Shown here piece by piece: positions 30,716 through 40,306 of a DNA stretch of 64,000 nt. The position numbers and the translations under genes were made by a program. Source of the stretch: Candidatus Culexmicrobium cathedralense (GTDB lineage: Archaea; Thermoproteota; Methanomethylicia; Culexarchaeales; Culexmicrobiaceae); contig JANZKC010000003.1 of the NCBI GenBank assembly GCA_025061115.1, positions 32,001 to 96,000 of the forward strand, in the 5' to 3' direction. Position 1 is the first letter of the stretch. Each line of letters starts with the position of its first letter. The notes beneath the pieces are model-generated. The model had not been told where the DNA came from and did not search any database. It worked only from the letters and a program-made list of their open reading frames with translations.

Positions 30716-31474
30716 TTATTCAAGTACTCTATTTTTCTTTGCTGCGTGAAAAACAAGTGTAGGTGCGTCTGGGAAGGAAGCTGACTTAACTTCAAATCCC
30801 TGAGATTTCAACGTTCTATCTATTTCGTTTTGCCACTTCCTATCTCTGCCAGCAAAAATAGACATGCTGCCTCCTAATTTAAGCACCTTAGATAACGTGT
30901 AGAGGGATTCACGCGAGTATAATGCTGGATTTCTCCTAGGATTAGGTCCTCCATCATGAATTATGTGGTCAAACATTAGGTTTAAAGCATCTGCAGCTTT
31001 CAATGAATCGTAAAGAACAATTTTTACATGCTTCCTCCAGAGCGATTCCCTATACGCTGAAACAGTATTCCTAAATAATGCAATAGCAAGCACGAATGGA
31101 GAAACGTCAATAGTTACGAATAGTGATGGATTAGCCCATTCAATAGCGACATAACACGTCCTGCCAATTCCAGTTCCAATTTCGAGAACTCTGCCGCCAT
31201 CAGGAATAGCTTCAGGCCAAGCAATAATTGAGCCACAATAAACCATTCTCATGATATTGAAATCACCTTTCCTATAAGCTAAACCGCCGGTAATTTCATC
31301 AATAAGCTGAAAAACTTCACAATCGTTCAAAGGCTTAACAAATCTTTCATAAGTATCTTTAGCAATCAATCTAGACTTCTCATCCGCAGCATCAAACTGC
31401 CTCCTCCTGAGTAAATTCAACATTTCCTCTTCAATGCTTTCAACTGCTCTTCTTGCTTCCCATAACTTGGTCAT
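30716..31474 (-). CDS. Class I SAM-dependent methyltransferase
   Basis: VLEIGTGIG, TIDV, FDHIIHDG, LKLGG. Confidence 0.8.
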   Translation of the reverse strand: MTKLWEARRAVESIEEEMLNLLRRRQFDAADEKSRLIAKDTYERFVKPLNDCEVFQLIDEITGGLAYRKGDFNIMRMVYCGSIIAWPEAIPDGGRVLEIGTGIGRTCYVAIEWANPSLFVTIDVSPFVLAIALFRNTVSAYRESLWRKHVKIVLYDSLKAADALNLMFDHIIHDGGPNPRRNPALYSRESLYTLSKVLKLGGSMSIFAGRDRKWQNEIDRTLKSQGFEVKSASFPDAPTLVFHAAKKNRVLE

Positions 31475-31533
31475 TTACTTTCCCTAACTATCAGCAGATT
31501 TAGTAACAGTTATACTTAATTTCTATCAAATGA

Positions 31534-33309
31534 ATGCTGGTGATCTGCTTGGACGAATGTGACATTTTAATTGAAAATGGCTTGATTGTAGACGGCACAG
31601 GAAGCCCTGTGTTTAAGGGCTCAGTAGCCATTCAAGGTGACAGGATTGTTGAAGTTGGAAAAGTTAAATGTGACGCAAAGGTTGTCATTGATGCTTCTGG
31701 GCTAGTGGTTGCTCCTGGCTTCATAGACGTGCATACGCATGCTGATAAGACTCTACCGCTATTTCCAAAGGCTGAGAATTATGTGATGCAGGGAATTACA
31801 ACAACTATTGGCGGTAATTGTGGGAATGTAGCTGCACCAATTCTCGATTGGTGGCCTCCAAACATGTTTTGGGATCAAGACATTCTGTTTGAGTTGAAGC
31901 CATATAAGTATTATATTGAGGGCTTACTGCCGGCTGATGAGGTGAAGAAGAAGGTTAAGGAAATTTATGGCGTTGACATAACTTGGGGCTTATTCAAAGA
32001 CTTCATCAAGTGGCTTGAAGAAAATGGCATTTCAGTTAATCATGTCCCGCTAGCTGGCCATAATACTATTAGAGCTCAAGTAATGGGGCCAGATTGGAAT
32101 CGCGAGCCTACCCCCAAAGAGCTGGAGGAAATGAAGTGGCATGTTCGTGAAGCAATGGAAGCTGGAGCTTTCGGATTATCTACAGGTCTTGACTATGTTC
32201 CTGGAGTATTCTCAAAAACGGAGGAGATCATTGAGCTGGTGAAAGTTGTCAAGGAGTTTAATGGAATATATGCCACTCACTGGCGTAGAACAGGATTGAG
32301 GCGGGAGCGAGCAATTCCAATAATTGATAAAATTAGAGGTATTCATGAAGCTATTCGGATTTGTAGGGAAACGGGCGTGGTTACGGAGATTTCTCACCTT
32401 ATGTCCGGATACACGATTTACCCTGAACCTCCAATAGAGCTGGCTTTAGCAGCCGTCCGAGAAACAATCAAGGTGATCGATGAAGCTAGGAAGGAAGGGC
32501 TGAAAATATATTATGACATCATTCCAAATGTCACGGGTGGAACTTTAACTAGCGTTTACTTGGCAGCCCTACTAACTCCATGGGCAAGGGAAATAGGTTC
32601 CCTCGTGGGATTGGGAAGAGCATTAAAAATGAAGGATTTCCGCGAAGAATTAAAATCGTTAATATTAGCTGGAAAATGGTGGGCCTTAAATCCTAGAGTT
32701 AATCCATATTGGGACAACAAAATAGAAATTGTTTCCCATGCTAATCAAGAGTATGTTGGTAAAACTATTAAGGAAATAGCCGAAATCAAAGACGTCGACA
32801 GCATAGAAGCTCTATTCGACATTTTAAGCGAAGACCCCAAAGCAAAGTACAAAAATAAAGGTTATAGAACTGATGAAGAAATAGCAGAATTCATCAAATA
32901 CCCTTACTGCATGATAGGCCTAGACACCTACACTTTCGATACTAAATGGAGCATGAAATTACCTCCGTACTACGTTCCACATCCAAACACTTACGGTGGA
33001 ATGCCCAGATATATTAGAAAGTATGTGCGAGAAATGAAGGTGCTACCATTAGAAGAGGCAATAAGGAGAATAACGAGTCTACCTGCAAAGGTATTCAAAA
33101 TTAAGAATAGAGGAATAATTAAAGTTGGAGCATATGCGGACATAGTTATATTCGACTATAAAACCATAAGCGATGTTGAAGATCCAATTGACCCAAGACG
33201 CTATCCAAAAGGAATACATTACGTAATAGTTAACGGAGTAATAGTAGTTGAGAAAGGCAAGCACACTGGAACAAAACCAGGAAAAGTATTAAAGCTAAAT
33301 GAACAGTAA
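31534..33309 (+). CDS. N-acyl-D-amino-acid deacylase family amidohydrolase
   Basis: APGFIDVHTH, GNCG, GLSTGLDY, PHP..YG, ADIVIFD. Confidence 0.88.
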   Translation: MLVICLDECDILIENGLIVDGTGSPVFKGSVAIQGDRIVEVGKVKCDAKVVIDASGLVVAPGFIDVHTHADKTLPLFPKAENYVMQGITTTIGGNCGNVAAPILDWWPPNMFWDQDILFELKPYKYYIEGLLPADEVKKKVKEIYGVDITWGLFKDFIKWLEENGISVNHVPLAGHNTIRAQVMGPDWNREPTPKELEEMKWHVREAMEAGAFGLSTGLDYVPGVFSKTEEIIELVKVVKEFNGIYATHWRRTGLRRERAIPIIDKIRGIHEAIRICRETGVVTEISHLMSGYTIYPEPPIELALAAVRETIKVIDEARKEGLKIYYDIIPNVTGGTLTSVYLAALLTPWAREIGSLVGLGRALKMKDFREELKSLILAGKWWALNPRVNPYWDNKIEIVSHANQEYVGKTIKEIAEIKDVDSIEALFDILSEDPKAKYKNKGYRTDEEIAEFIKYPYCMIGLDTYTFDTKWSMKLPPYYVPHPNTYGGMPRYIRKYVREMKVLPLEEAIRRITSLPAKVFKIKNRGIIKVGAYADIVIFDYKTISDVEDPIDPRRYPKGIHYVIVNGVIVVEKGKHTGTKPGKVLKLNEQ

Positions 33310-33651
33310 AAAAATGAAAATTTTAATTACAATTTATTTTCTCTGTTGCATTGAAATTTCTTTTACTTAAAATATCTTATTTTTTCTTGTTTAACATACG
33401 TCTTTTATGCAATGCTTGTGCGTGTGAAATTCCAAATTATATCTTCATCTATTGTTTTCAACAATATAGTGCCTCCCACCGTTGTTTAGTGGTATTTGAG
33501 CTTTGAAATAACTTCCTGTCTGTTAGTGAAGTTGCCTCCTTATTTTGTAATATTGGCGCTACTGTTTGTGGCATCTTTTTATTTTAAATTATAATATAAT
33601 TAATGAAATTATGTATTAGAAATATTTATAAATAAAATTTACGAAATTGTA

Positions 33652-34929
33652 TTGGGGGCCCCACAAATGTCTAGTAAAGAACTTTTGATGAAGACGAGAC
33701 CTCTGATATTTGCCGCATTGATGGTTACTATTCAAATATTTGCAGTTCAAATTGTTGCAAAAGAGTTAGATGCTATTCATCTGAGTGTAACTGTGGTTAA
33801 AGATGGGAAGATTATCCCTAATGCGAGAGTATATGTTTTCGCAATCACGCCGAACGGAACACGCTTCATAACGAGAATATTGACTGGACCAAAAGGAGTT
33901 GGAGGAGCTACTCTTTCAATTAGAGATATAATTAAGCCGATAGATGACTGGAACAAAATGGAGAAAAGAAGCTTTATATTATATCCAGGCTTGTATATAA
34001 CTGCTGTAGGTGAAGATGGAGAATACGAATACTTTGGAGCCTCGTCAGTTAAATTGCCTTTAACCTTAACGGGACCGCTATCCGTACAGAAAAAAGTTCA
34101 ATTAAAAGATAAACTTAGAGTTTCTAAAAAAATGTACTCGGCTCAAGAAAGTGGGAGAAGCATTAGTGTTGAGCAACAAGCTCCACCATGGGCGCAGCTA
34201 ATTTGGAGTGAAGAACACACGAGAAGAGAAACTGTCTTGCAAGTAACTACAGATGCGCATAGTATGGCGAGTGTGGCATACTTAATAGAAAAGAATAAAG
34301 AAGTGGCTTTTAAATGTACATATTCCATTACAAGCGAAATTGACGATGAAGTAATCGTTGAATGGAGTATAGGTGCGGAAATAAGTTGGGTAATATCGAG
34401 CACCGAAAAATACTTAACAATGGATGTGGGTCCCAATAGTGTCGGCTACGTATCTTTCATGGCAGCAGTAAACTATGAATGTTGGCGTTACGAGGAGCCT
34501 GCCGACAGCGGTCAATACTTTTTGGAGCATAGAGTTTACATAATGTATTATTGGCCAGATACGCTTGACAAAATTAAAGGAGATGATGAGATAACTGGAA
34601 AACAAGAACTTCTTAAATCAAAATCTGGACAAGGATGGGATCAATCCGTATATACGGTCTATTTCCACTACGCGACAAGTTACAGTTTTGCAATTCCTGT
34701 AGGAACAATTGTTAAATTGTTGGCTTCCCCCTATCTTCCAGCAGCACTAGAAGTACCCATAGATGTAGAACTCGTACTAAAAGATACAACTGCAATAAAT
34801 GCGGATGCTAGAATTTTTGCTGAAGAAGGGTACATCGTCGACATTTATCTCATTGAAGTCTGGCGCACGCTAAATGCATACTACCACATTCCAGCATGGG
34901 CATTAATACTAACAACAAGAACTGGTTGA
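33652..34929 (+). CDS. Secreted beta-rich hypothetical protein
   Basis: Signal peptide (MKTRPLIFAALMV..), Ig/transthyretin-like N-domain, no C-terminal anchor. Confidence 0.7.
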   Translation: MGAPQMSSKELLMKTRPLIFAALMVTIQIFAVQIVAKELDAIHLSVTVVKDGKIIPNARVYVFAITPNGTRFITRILTGPKGVGGATLSIRDIIKPIDDWNKMEKRSFILYPGLYITAVGEDGEYEYFGASSVKLPLTLTGPLSVQKKVQLKDKLRVSKKMYSAQESGRSISVEQQAPPWAQLIWSEEHTRRETVLQVTTDAHSMASVAYLIEKNKEVAFKCTYSITSEIDDEVIVEWSIGAEISWVISSTEKYLTMDVGPNSVGYVSFMAAVNYECWRYEEPADSGQYFLEHRVYIMYYWPDTLDKIKGDDEITGKQELLKSKSGQGWDQSVYTVYFHYATSYSFAIPVGTIVKLLASPYLPAALEVPIDVELVLKDTTAINADARIFAEEGYIVDIYLIEVWRTLNAYYHIPAWALILTTRTG

Positions 34930-35560
34930 GACCTTAATCTTATAATATTATTGAGCTGTCTGCTTTCGCATTTTAGATTCTATTTAAATACCAATGCCGC
35001 GAAATACTATGTGATCTTTGTAAAAGTGAAGTCTTGGTTGTCCTTGCTTCAATGAGGTTGGCTGCACCTTTTCATAAGAAAGTTAGTTGCATAGCTCAAG
35101 TCAACTTTTAGAATTTAAGGGAGTTATTTTAGTTTGAGAGCTGGTTGAGGATATTCAAAATTGGAATCACAATGCGTTGTAAAGCTTATCTTATTCACAG
35201 CGAAATAGAATCGCTTGACATCTTTACCTTATGTTACTCTAAGACGCAGGTATCCTTATAGGATTGAATTTTGCTGAATGATAGTGGACATGCTTGTCGA
35301 TTTTTCTATTTAGACCTATAGCTCTAAGAATGAATGTATTGCTTGCTTTCCTCTATTTCCTCTTTAAACCCTAACTGTGAAGGAAAAATCTAAAGCTTCT
35401 TAATAGAGGAAAGATGGAAATTTACCTACATTTCTCTGCCTCCCTTTTCTGCTGTTTATTGATTCACTCTATGCATCGCTTAATTCTGTCAAGATGTTTC
35501 TATTCGAATTCGTCGGAGCCGATAAGCATAATTTTAATGAGTTTTCTGAAATAAACTTGA

Positions 35561-35923
35561 AACGCTATTTTACAGCTACTTACAAATGCTTTATCTGGAT
35601 TAAGTGATGCTTTGCAGGAGTTGAAGGATATGGGTAGTAAGTTGGAAAATGCTATGAGTAAAATTTCAGTATTGGAGGGAAATTTAAGCAGTGTTCAAAT
35701 TGAATTGGAGGATATTTTAGATCGAGTATGTAAACTTGAGATAATTGCAACTTCCCCCCATATAGCTGATGGTAATGAGTTATGCAATGTCTACGTGAAA
35801 GCTTATAATGTTAAGGGTCAACCTGTTTCAAATGCTGTAATTGCTTTATTGAGTAGGACTCGTGATTCAAGCCGCATTATATTTAGTTATTTTCATGGCG
35901 TTGGGGAGTGCATTTTCCGTTAG
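35561..35923 (+). pseudogene. 5'-truncated coiled-coil / surface-protein fragment
   Basis: Frame begins right after TGA at 35558 with no convincing start or RBS; heptad region, then VYVKAYNVKGQPVSNAVIALL. Confidence 0.45.
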
Positions 35924-37029
35924 ATTGGACATAAAATAATGCCTCTACTGAAAAGGCAGTCAGCGCAGCTTGGCGCATTTCCCCAGCAATCTAGTTCGTT
36001 GGTTGATGTGAAATGGCATATTTCATGGAACTTGCAGTCAGTGCATGATGGGTATTTGAAGAATCTGACTCTAAATCTAAATTGAACATATCTTTGCTTC
36101 CGCCAAATAGTGCTTAGTGATTCCCTAGTTGCATTTCCAAAAATTACCTGTTTGATTGTTTTTTCAACGTTGTAAATGTAGCATTTGTAAGTGTGGAGGA
36201 AGTTGAAGCATGGTGATACTAGCCCATTCCAAGTTACGCATGAAGCCATGTTTAATACGAATGGGCAGCTTCTCTCTGTTTTGAGAGTGAATTCAGGAAT
36301 TTTTAATCCTACATTTGCTTCTAAACTTTTGATTGAAGCTTTTTCAATAAGTCTCTCAACTTCCTCCTTTTTTTCTCCATATAATTTCTCGCAGTTGAAC
36401 TCCTTTTTAACTGGAATTACATTTGTAATTGTTATCATGTTTACTCCATGACTTGCAGCTAATTCTATGAGGGGAATGAGCTCATTCATGTTTCTTCTCA
36501 TTAACGTGAAGGAGAATTCGATTTTTGGGTAGATTTTTCCCATCTTCTTTTTGGCTTCATGCATGAACTTTAGTGTTCTTAGCAATTCATTTATGTCTCC
36601 ACCTCTAATTTCCTCGTATATTCCCTGCGTTGATGCATCAATTGAAATTACGAGTCTATCTAAGCCAATGTTAATGAGCTTCAGAGCTTTATCCTCGTCG
36701 AGCAGCAGTCCATTACTATTTATTCCTAGCTTTAACCCTTCTTCCTTAATCATTTCTGCAAATTCTATAGCTTTTTTGTGAATTAACGGTTCTCCCCATC
36801 CGCCTAGCCAGAGGAATTCGCCTCCAGCCTCCTTGAATTCTAGGAGGATTTTCTTGAATAGCTTTTCGCTTATATCTCCAAGTTCTTCCGTCCAAGATTG
36901 CCTAAAACACATTGGGCAATTCAAGTTGCACCTAGTTGTTAACTCCACTATCGCTTTCCTAGGTCCAGGAGATGGATTGGCTATTACTGTGCCTTCCTCA
37001 AATTTCTCCAATACTTGATTTGCAATCAT
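35920..37029 (-). CDS. Radical SAM/SPASM protein, tungsten-oxidoreductase-associated maturase type
   Basis: CNLNCPMC, GGWGEP, SPASM CPF..C..G.VSPC, Cys-rich C-terminus (CTDC..C..CWGN.PSCADC..CP); divergent from aor. Confidence 0.85.
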   Translation of the reverse strand: MIANQVLEKFEEGTVIANPSPGPRKAIVELTTRCNLNCPMCFRQSWTEELGDISEKLFKKILLEFKEAGGEFLWLGGWGEPLIHKKAIEFAEMIKEEGLKLGINSNGLLLDEDKALKLINIGLDRLVISIDASTQGIYEEIRGGDINELLRTLKFMHEAKKKMGKIYPKIEFSFTLMRRNMNELIPLIELAASHGVNMITITNVIPVKKEFNCEKLYGEKKEEVERLIEKASIKSLEANVGLKIPEFTLKTERSCPFVLNMASCVTWNGLVSPCFNFLHTYKCYIYNVEKTIKQVIFGNATRESLSTIWRKQRYVQFRFRVRFFKYPSCTDCKFHEICHFTSTNELDCWGNAPSCADCLFSRGIILCPI

Positions 37030-37163
37030 CTCAGCTAAATAATATATTTGACCTTGAAGTTAAACTTTGTTAATGGCAATCATTTGTAAATCTTGTCATA
37101 CATTAATAAAAGATAAATATGCCTTGCGATATTAATTATTTTTAGACATTCCATTAATTTTGG

Positions 37164-39029
37164 GTGGCTAAATTGCCCGGAGGATATATGGGAAAAATTT
37201 TGAGAGTAAATTTAACTGAGGGCACGCTAAGAGACGAAATGCTGTCAGAAGATGTTCTAAAAATGTGGCTTGGAGGTAGAGGGCTAGGCGTCTACTTAAT
37301 GTTAAAGGAGGTTGATCCTAGGGTAGACCCGTTGAGTCCAGAAAATAAGTTGATTATCCTAACTGGCCCATTAACTGGAACTGCCGCTCCGGAGAGCGGC
37401 AGGTGGTGCTCAGTAACTAAGGCTCCGCTAACCGGCACCATTCACGACTCACACTCAGGAGGGAAGTGGGGTCCTGAACTTAAATTTGCTGGTTATGATG
37501 GAATCATTATTGAGGGTGCATCCGAAAAGCCAGTTTACTTGTGGATTCACAATGGTAAAGCCGAACTTCGCGATGCAAAACACCTTTGGGGCAAAGACAC
37601 TCATGCGACAACTGACATTTTAATTGAAGAGCTTGGAGACAAGAACATCAAAGTTATGTGCATAGGGCCTGCAGGAGAAAATCTAGTGAAATTCGCCTGC
37701 CTAATCAACGATAAAGGTAGAGCTGCAGGAAGAGGCGGCCATGGCGCAGTTATGGGAAGCAAGAAGCTTAAAGCAATTGCAGTGCGAGGAACAATGAAAC
37801 CTAAAATTGCCAATGAAAGCAGATTTAGGGAAGCTGTGAAGCTAAATGTTGACAAAATAAAGAAGCACCCGGTCACTGGAGAGGCTTTGCCAAAGTATGG
37901 AACTGCCGTGCTAGTCAACATTATCAATAAGCATGGAATCCTGCCAACAAGGAACTTCCAAACTGGAGTTCACCCAACAGCAGATAAGTATAGTGGCGAG
38001 ACAATTGCTGAGAAGACTCTCATTAGGCGTGTCCCCTGCTGGGGCTGCATAATTGCATGTGGAAGATACACTAAGATTTCAGATGCAGCTCCATTCCAAG
38101 GGGAGGGGGACGGTCCAGAGTATGAGACGGTCTGGGCTTTTGGAGCTCAAACTGGAACTGATGACTTGGCTGCAATATCAAAGGCTAACTTTCTCTGCAA
38201 TGAGCTTGGCTTAGATACAATTTCAATGGGTCACGTCATAGGAACTCTTATGGAGCTTTACGAGAAGGGCAAGGTTCCAATTGAAAAGCTAAGAGGTTTA
38301 GAGCCAAAGTGGGGTAATCGAGCTGCAATAGTTGAGCTAACATGGAGAACTGCTTACAGGTCTGGAATAGGCGACGACTTAGCTGAAGGGGCGAAGAAGC
38401 TAGCTGAAAAGTATGGCGCACCTGAACTAGCTATGGTAGTTAGAGGTCAAGAACTTCCAGCTTACGATCCAAGAGGAGTTCAAGGACACGGGCTAGGATA
38501 CGCAACTTCAAATAGAGGCGGATGCCACTTAAGGTCATACATGATAGCTCCAGAAGTTCTAGGAGTTCCACAGCTAGTTGATAGATTTACAACTAATGGT
38601 AAAGCTGAGCTAGTAAAGACATTTCAAGATGGATTTGCAGTTATCGATAGCCTAGTACTATGCAAGTTCAATACCTTTGCAACATGGGTTGAAGACTGGG
38701 TTGGCATGGTGGCTGGAGCAACTGGCTGGAACATAACGTTGGAAGAGCTAACGAAGATTGGTGAGAGAATTTACAACGCTGAAAGAGTATTTAATATTCT
38801 TGCGTTTGGAGATGGAAGGGCATACGATACGCTGCCCAGGAGACTGCTTGTTGAGCCAATGCCTGAGGGCCCGGCTAGAGGCCATACAGTTAAACTTGAT
38901 GAAATGCTTGAAGAGTACTATAACCTTCGAGGATGGGTTGATGGTAGACCGACTAGGGAAAAGCTGGAGGAGCTAGGTTTAAAGGAATTTGCAGACAAGC
39001 TTGAAGAGAAAGGGCTTCTACCAAAATAA
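37164..39029 (+). CDS. aor: Tungsten aldehyde:ferredoxin oxidoreductase
   Basis: GPAGE, AAGRGG.GAVMGSK.LKA, CWGCIIAC, GPEYET, GLDTIS, YDPRG, RGGCH. Confidence 0.95.
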   Translation: MAKLPGGYMGKILRVNLTEGTLRDEMLSEDVLKMWLGGRGLGVYLMLKEVDPRVDPLSPENKLIILTGPLTGTAAPESGRWCSVTKAPLTGTIHDSHSGGKWGPELKFAGYDGIIIEGASEKPVYLWIHNGKAELRDAKHLWGKDTHATTDILIEELGDKNIKVMCIGPAGENLVKFACLINDKGRAAGRGGHGAVMGSKKLKAIAVRGTMKPKIANESRFREAVKLNVDKIKKHPVTGEALPKYGTAVLVNIINKHGILPTRNFQTGVHPTADKYSGETIAEKTLIRRVPCWGCIIACGRYTKISDAAPFQGEGDGPEYETVWAFGAQTGTDDLAAISKANFLCNELGLDTISMGHVIGTLMELYEKGKVPIEKLRGLEPKWGNRAAIVELTWRTAYRSGIGDDLAEGAKKLAEKYGAPELAMVVRGQELPAYDPRGVQGHGLGYATSNRGGCHLRSYMIAPEVLGVPQLVDRFTTNGKAELVKTFQDGFAVIDSLVLCKFNTFATWVEDWVGMVAGATGWNITLEELTKIGERIYNAERVFNILAFGDGRAYDTLPRRLLVEPMPEGPARGHTVKLDEMLEEYYNLRGWVDGRPTREKLEELGLKEFADKLEEKGLLPK

Positions 39030-39066
39030 TTAAATTTTAAAGCATCCTCCTCCATTTTTATCATGT

Positions 39067-39336
39067 ATGAGAGTTACAGTAGAATTCTACGCAACTCTGA
39101 GAGAGAAGTTTGGAAGGAAAGTAGAGCTAGAATTAAACTTCGATAATCCGGCTCCCCTAATAACCGTGCTTTCACAAATAGATGGGTTACTTGAAGAAAT
39201 TGCTGAGAATGGCAGAATAAAGACAATGTATAAAGTTCTACTTAATGGATTGAACGTAGAGTTTATTAAGGGGCTGGATACGCCCGTAAAGGATGGAGAT
39301 GAAATATGCATTTTCCCTCCAGCTGGAGGAGGATAA
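39067..39336 (+). CDS. MoaD/ThiS/SAMP ubiquitin-like sulfur carrier
   Basis: FYATLRE...VLLNG...DGDEICIFPPAGGG C-terminal GG. Confidence 0.92.
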   Translation: MRVTVEFYATLREKFGRKVELELNFDNPAPLITVLSQIDGLLEEIAENGRIKTMYKVLLNGLNVEFIKGLDTPVKDGDEICIFPPAGGG

Positions 39337-39350
39337 TCTGGATTCGAAGC

Positions 39351-40190
39351 TCAAATTCTCATCATTTTCAGTCCAAGCTTCTCAATGATTGGAAGTAGAA
39401 AGCTTCGATGACGCTTTTTCAATCCCTTCCATTCAACCACTGCCAATTCAACTTCCCCCTCGGTTCGCATCACTGCAGCTTCAACTTCTCTCTCACTAAT
39501 TTTATCAAAGACGTATTCGGGAATGATGTGTCCAATTGCAATATCAGACCTTTGAACAAGCTTGGTGAATATGGGTGCATAATGAGGACCTCCAAATCCA
39601 ACTCCAACTCTAAATTTTGGTTCTCCTTTAATGCGATTTTCAGCAACCATCATTATTGCCTGAGCTACAGCTCTCGCAGCAATTTCATTTCTCCAGTACC
39701 TTTCGCTACTACCAAGTTCAATGAATATTGTAGGCGTCTTTTCAATGTATGGTCCATGATGCGTAACTTCCAATCCAACCCTCCAATCGCTCAGATTATG
39801 CTCTTCTGCAGCTCTCATCAATTCTAATAAGGCTATTTTTAAACTTGAGGCTGGAGCAATGCAAATCGCCCTCGGTTTTCCTCCAAATTTAGCTTCTTCC
39901 GTCCAATTTCCAGGAGCGTGGGTCAAAAGTGAGGGAATTCCACTTGCAGCAGAATGCCGAGTAGCGAAAATGAACAATTTTGCTTCAAACTCATTCTCAA
40001 TGCCTTCAGCGTAAATCGAGTCAACTTCAATATCAGCTAAGCATATTGATTCACGCATGTAAACCTTCTTTCCACCAATTTTAATTTCCTTAAAATCATA
40101 ATTTGAGAGAATTTGCCTTTTAATTGTTTGAGATGCAATGTCGACTTTTGGCGTAAAGATTATTATGTCTGCAGTTAATTTGCCTGACAT
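39351..40190 (-). CDS. dtdA: Archaeal D-aminoacyl-tRNA deacylase (DTD2)
   Basis: TRH, LTHAPGN, EVTHHGP, FIELGS, GGPHY. Confidence 0.92.
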   Translation of the reverse strand: MSGKLTADIIIFTPKVDIASQTIKRQILSNYDFKEIKIGGKKVYMRESICLADIEVDSIYAEGIENEFEAKLFIFATRHSAASGIPSLLTHAPGNWTEEAKFGGKPRAICIAPASSLKIALLELMRAAEEHNLSDWRVGLEVTHHGPYIEKTPTIFIELGSSERYWRNEIAARAVAQAIMMVAENRIKGEPKFRVGVGFGGPHYAPIFTKLVQRSDIAIGHIIPEYVFDKISEREVEAAVMRTEGEVELAVVEWKGLKKRHRSFLLPIIEKLGLKMMRI

Positions 40191-40306
40191 TTCGGGTCGA
40201 ATACTACGCTAATCTTGGATGTATATTAGATTTCCCCTAATCATCCAAGCGTTAACATAATTTAATAACTAGGTACATTAAAACTTTAGGTGCAATGGGG
40301 ATGTAA

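Noticed and set aside
30699-30716. GGCGATGG resembling the 5' end of a fluoride riboswitch
   Set aside because: Complementary CGCC strand and downstream conserved elements are absent; no crcB nearby
33380-33580. Minus-strand remnant reading TVGGTILLKTID, like an archaeal surface-protein C-terminus
   Set aside because: Multiple stops and too short to support a call
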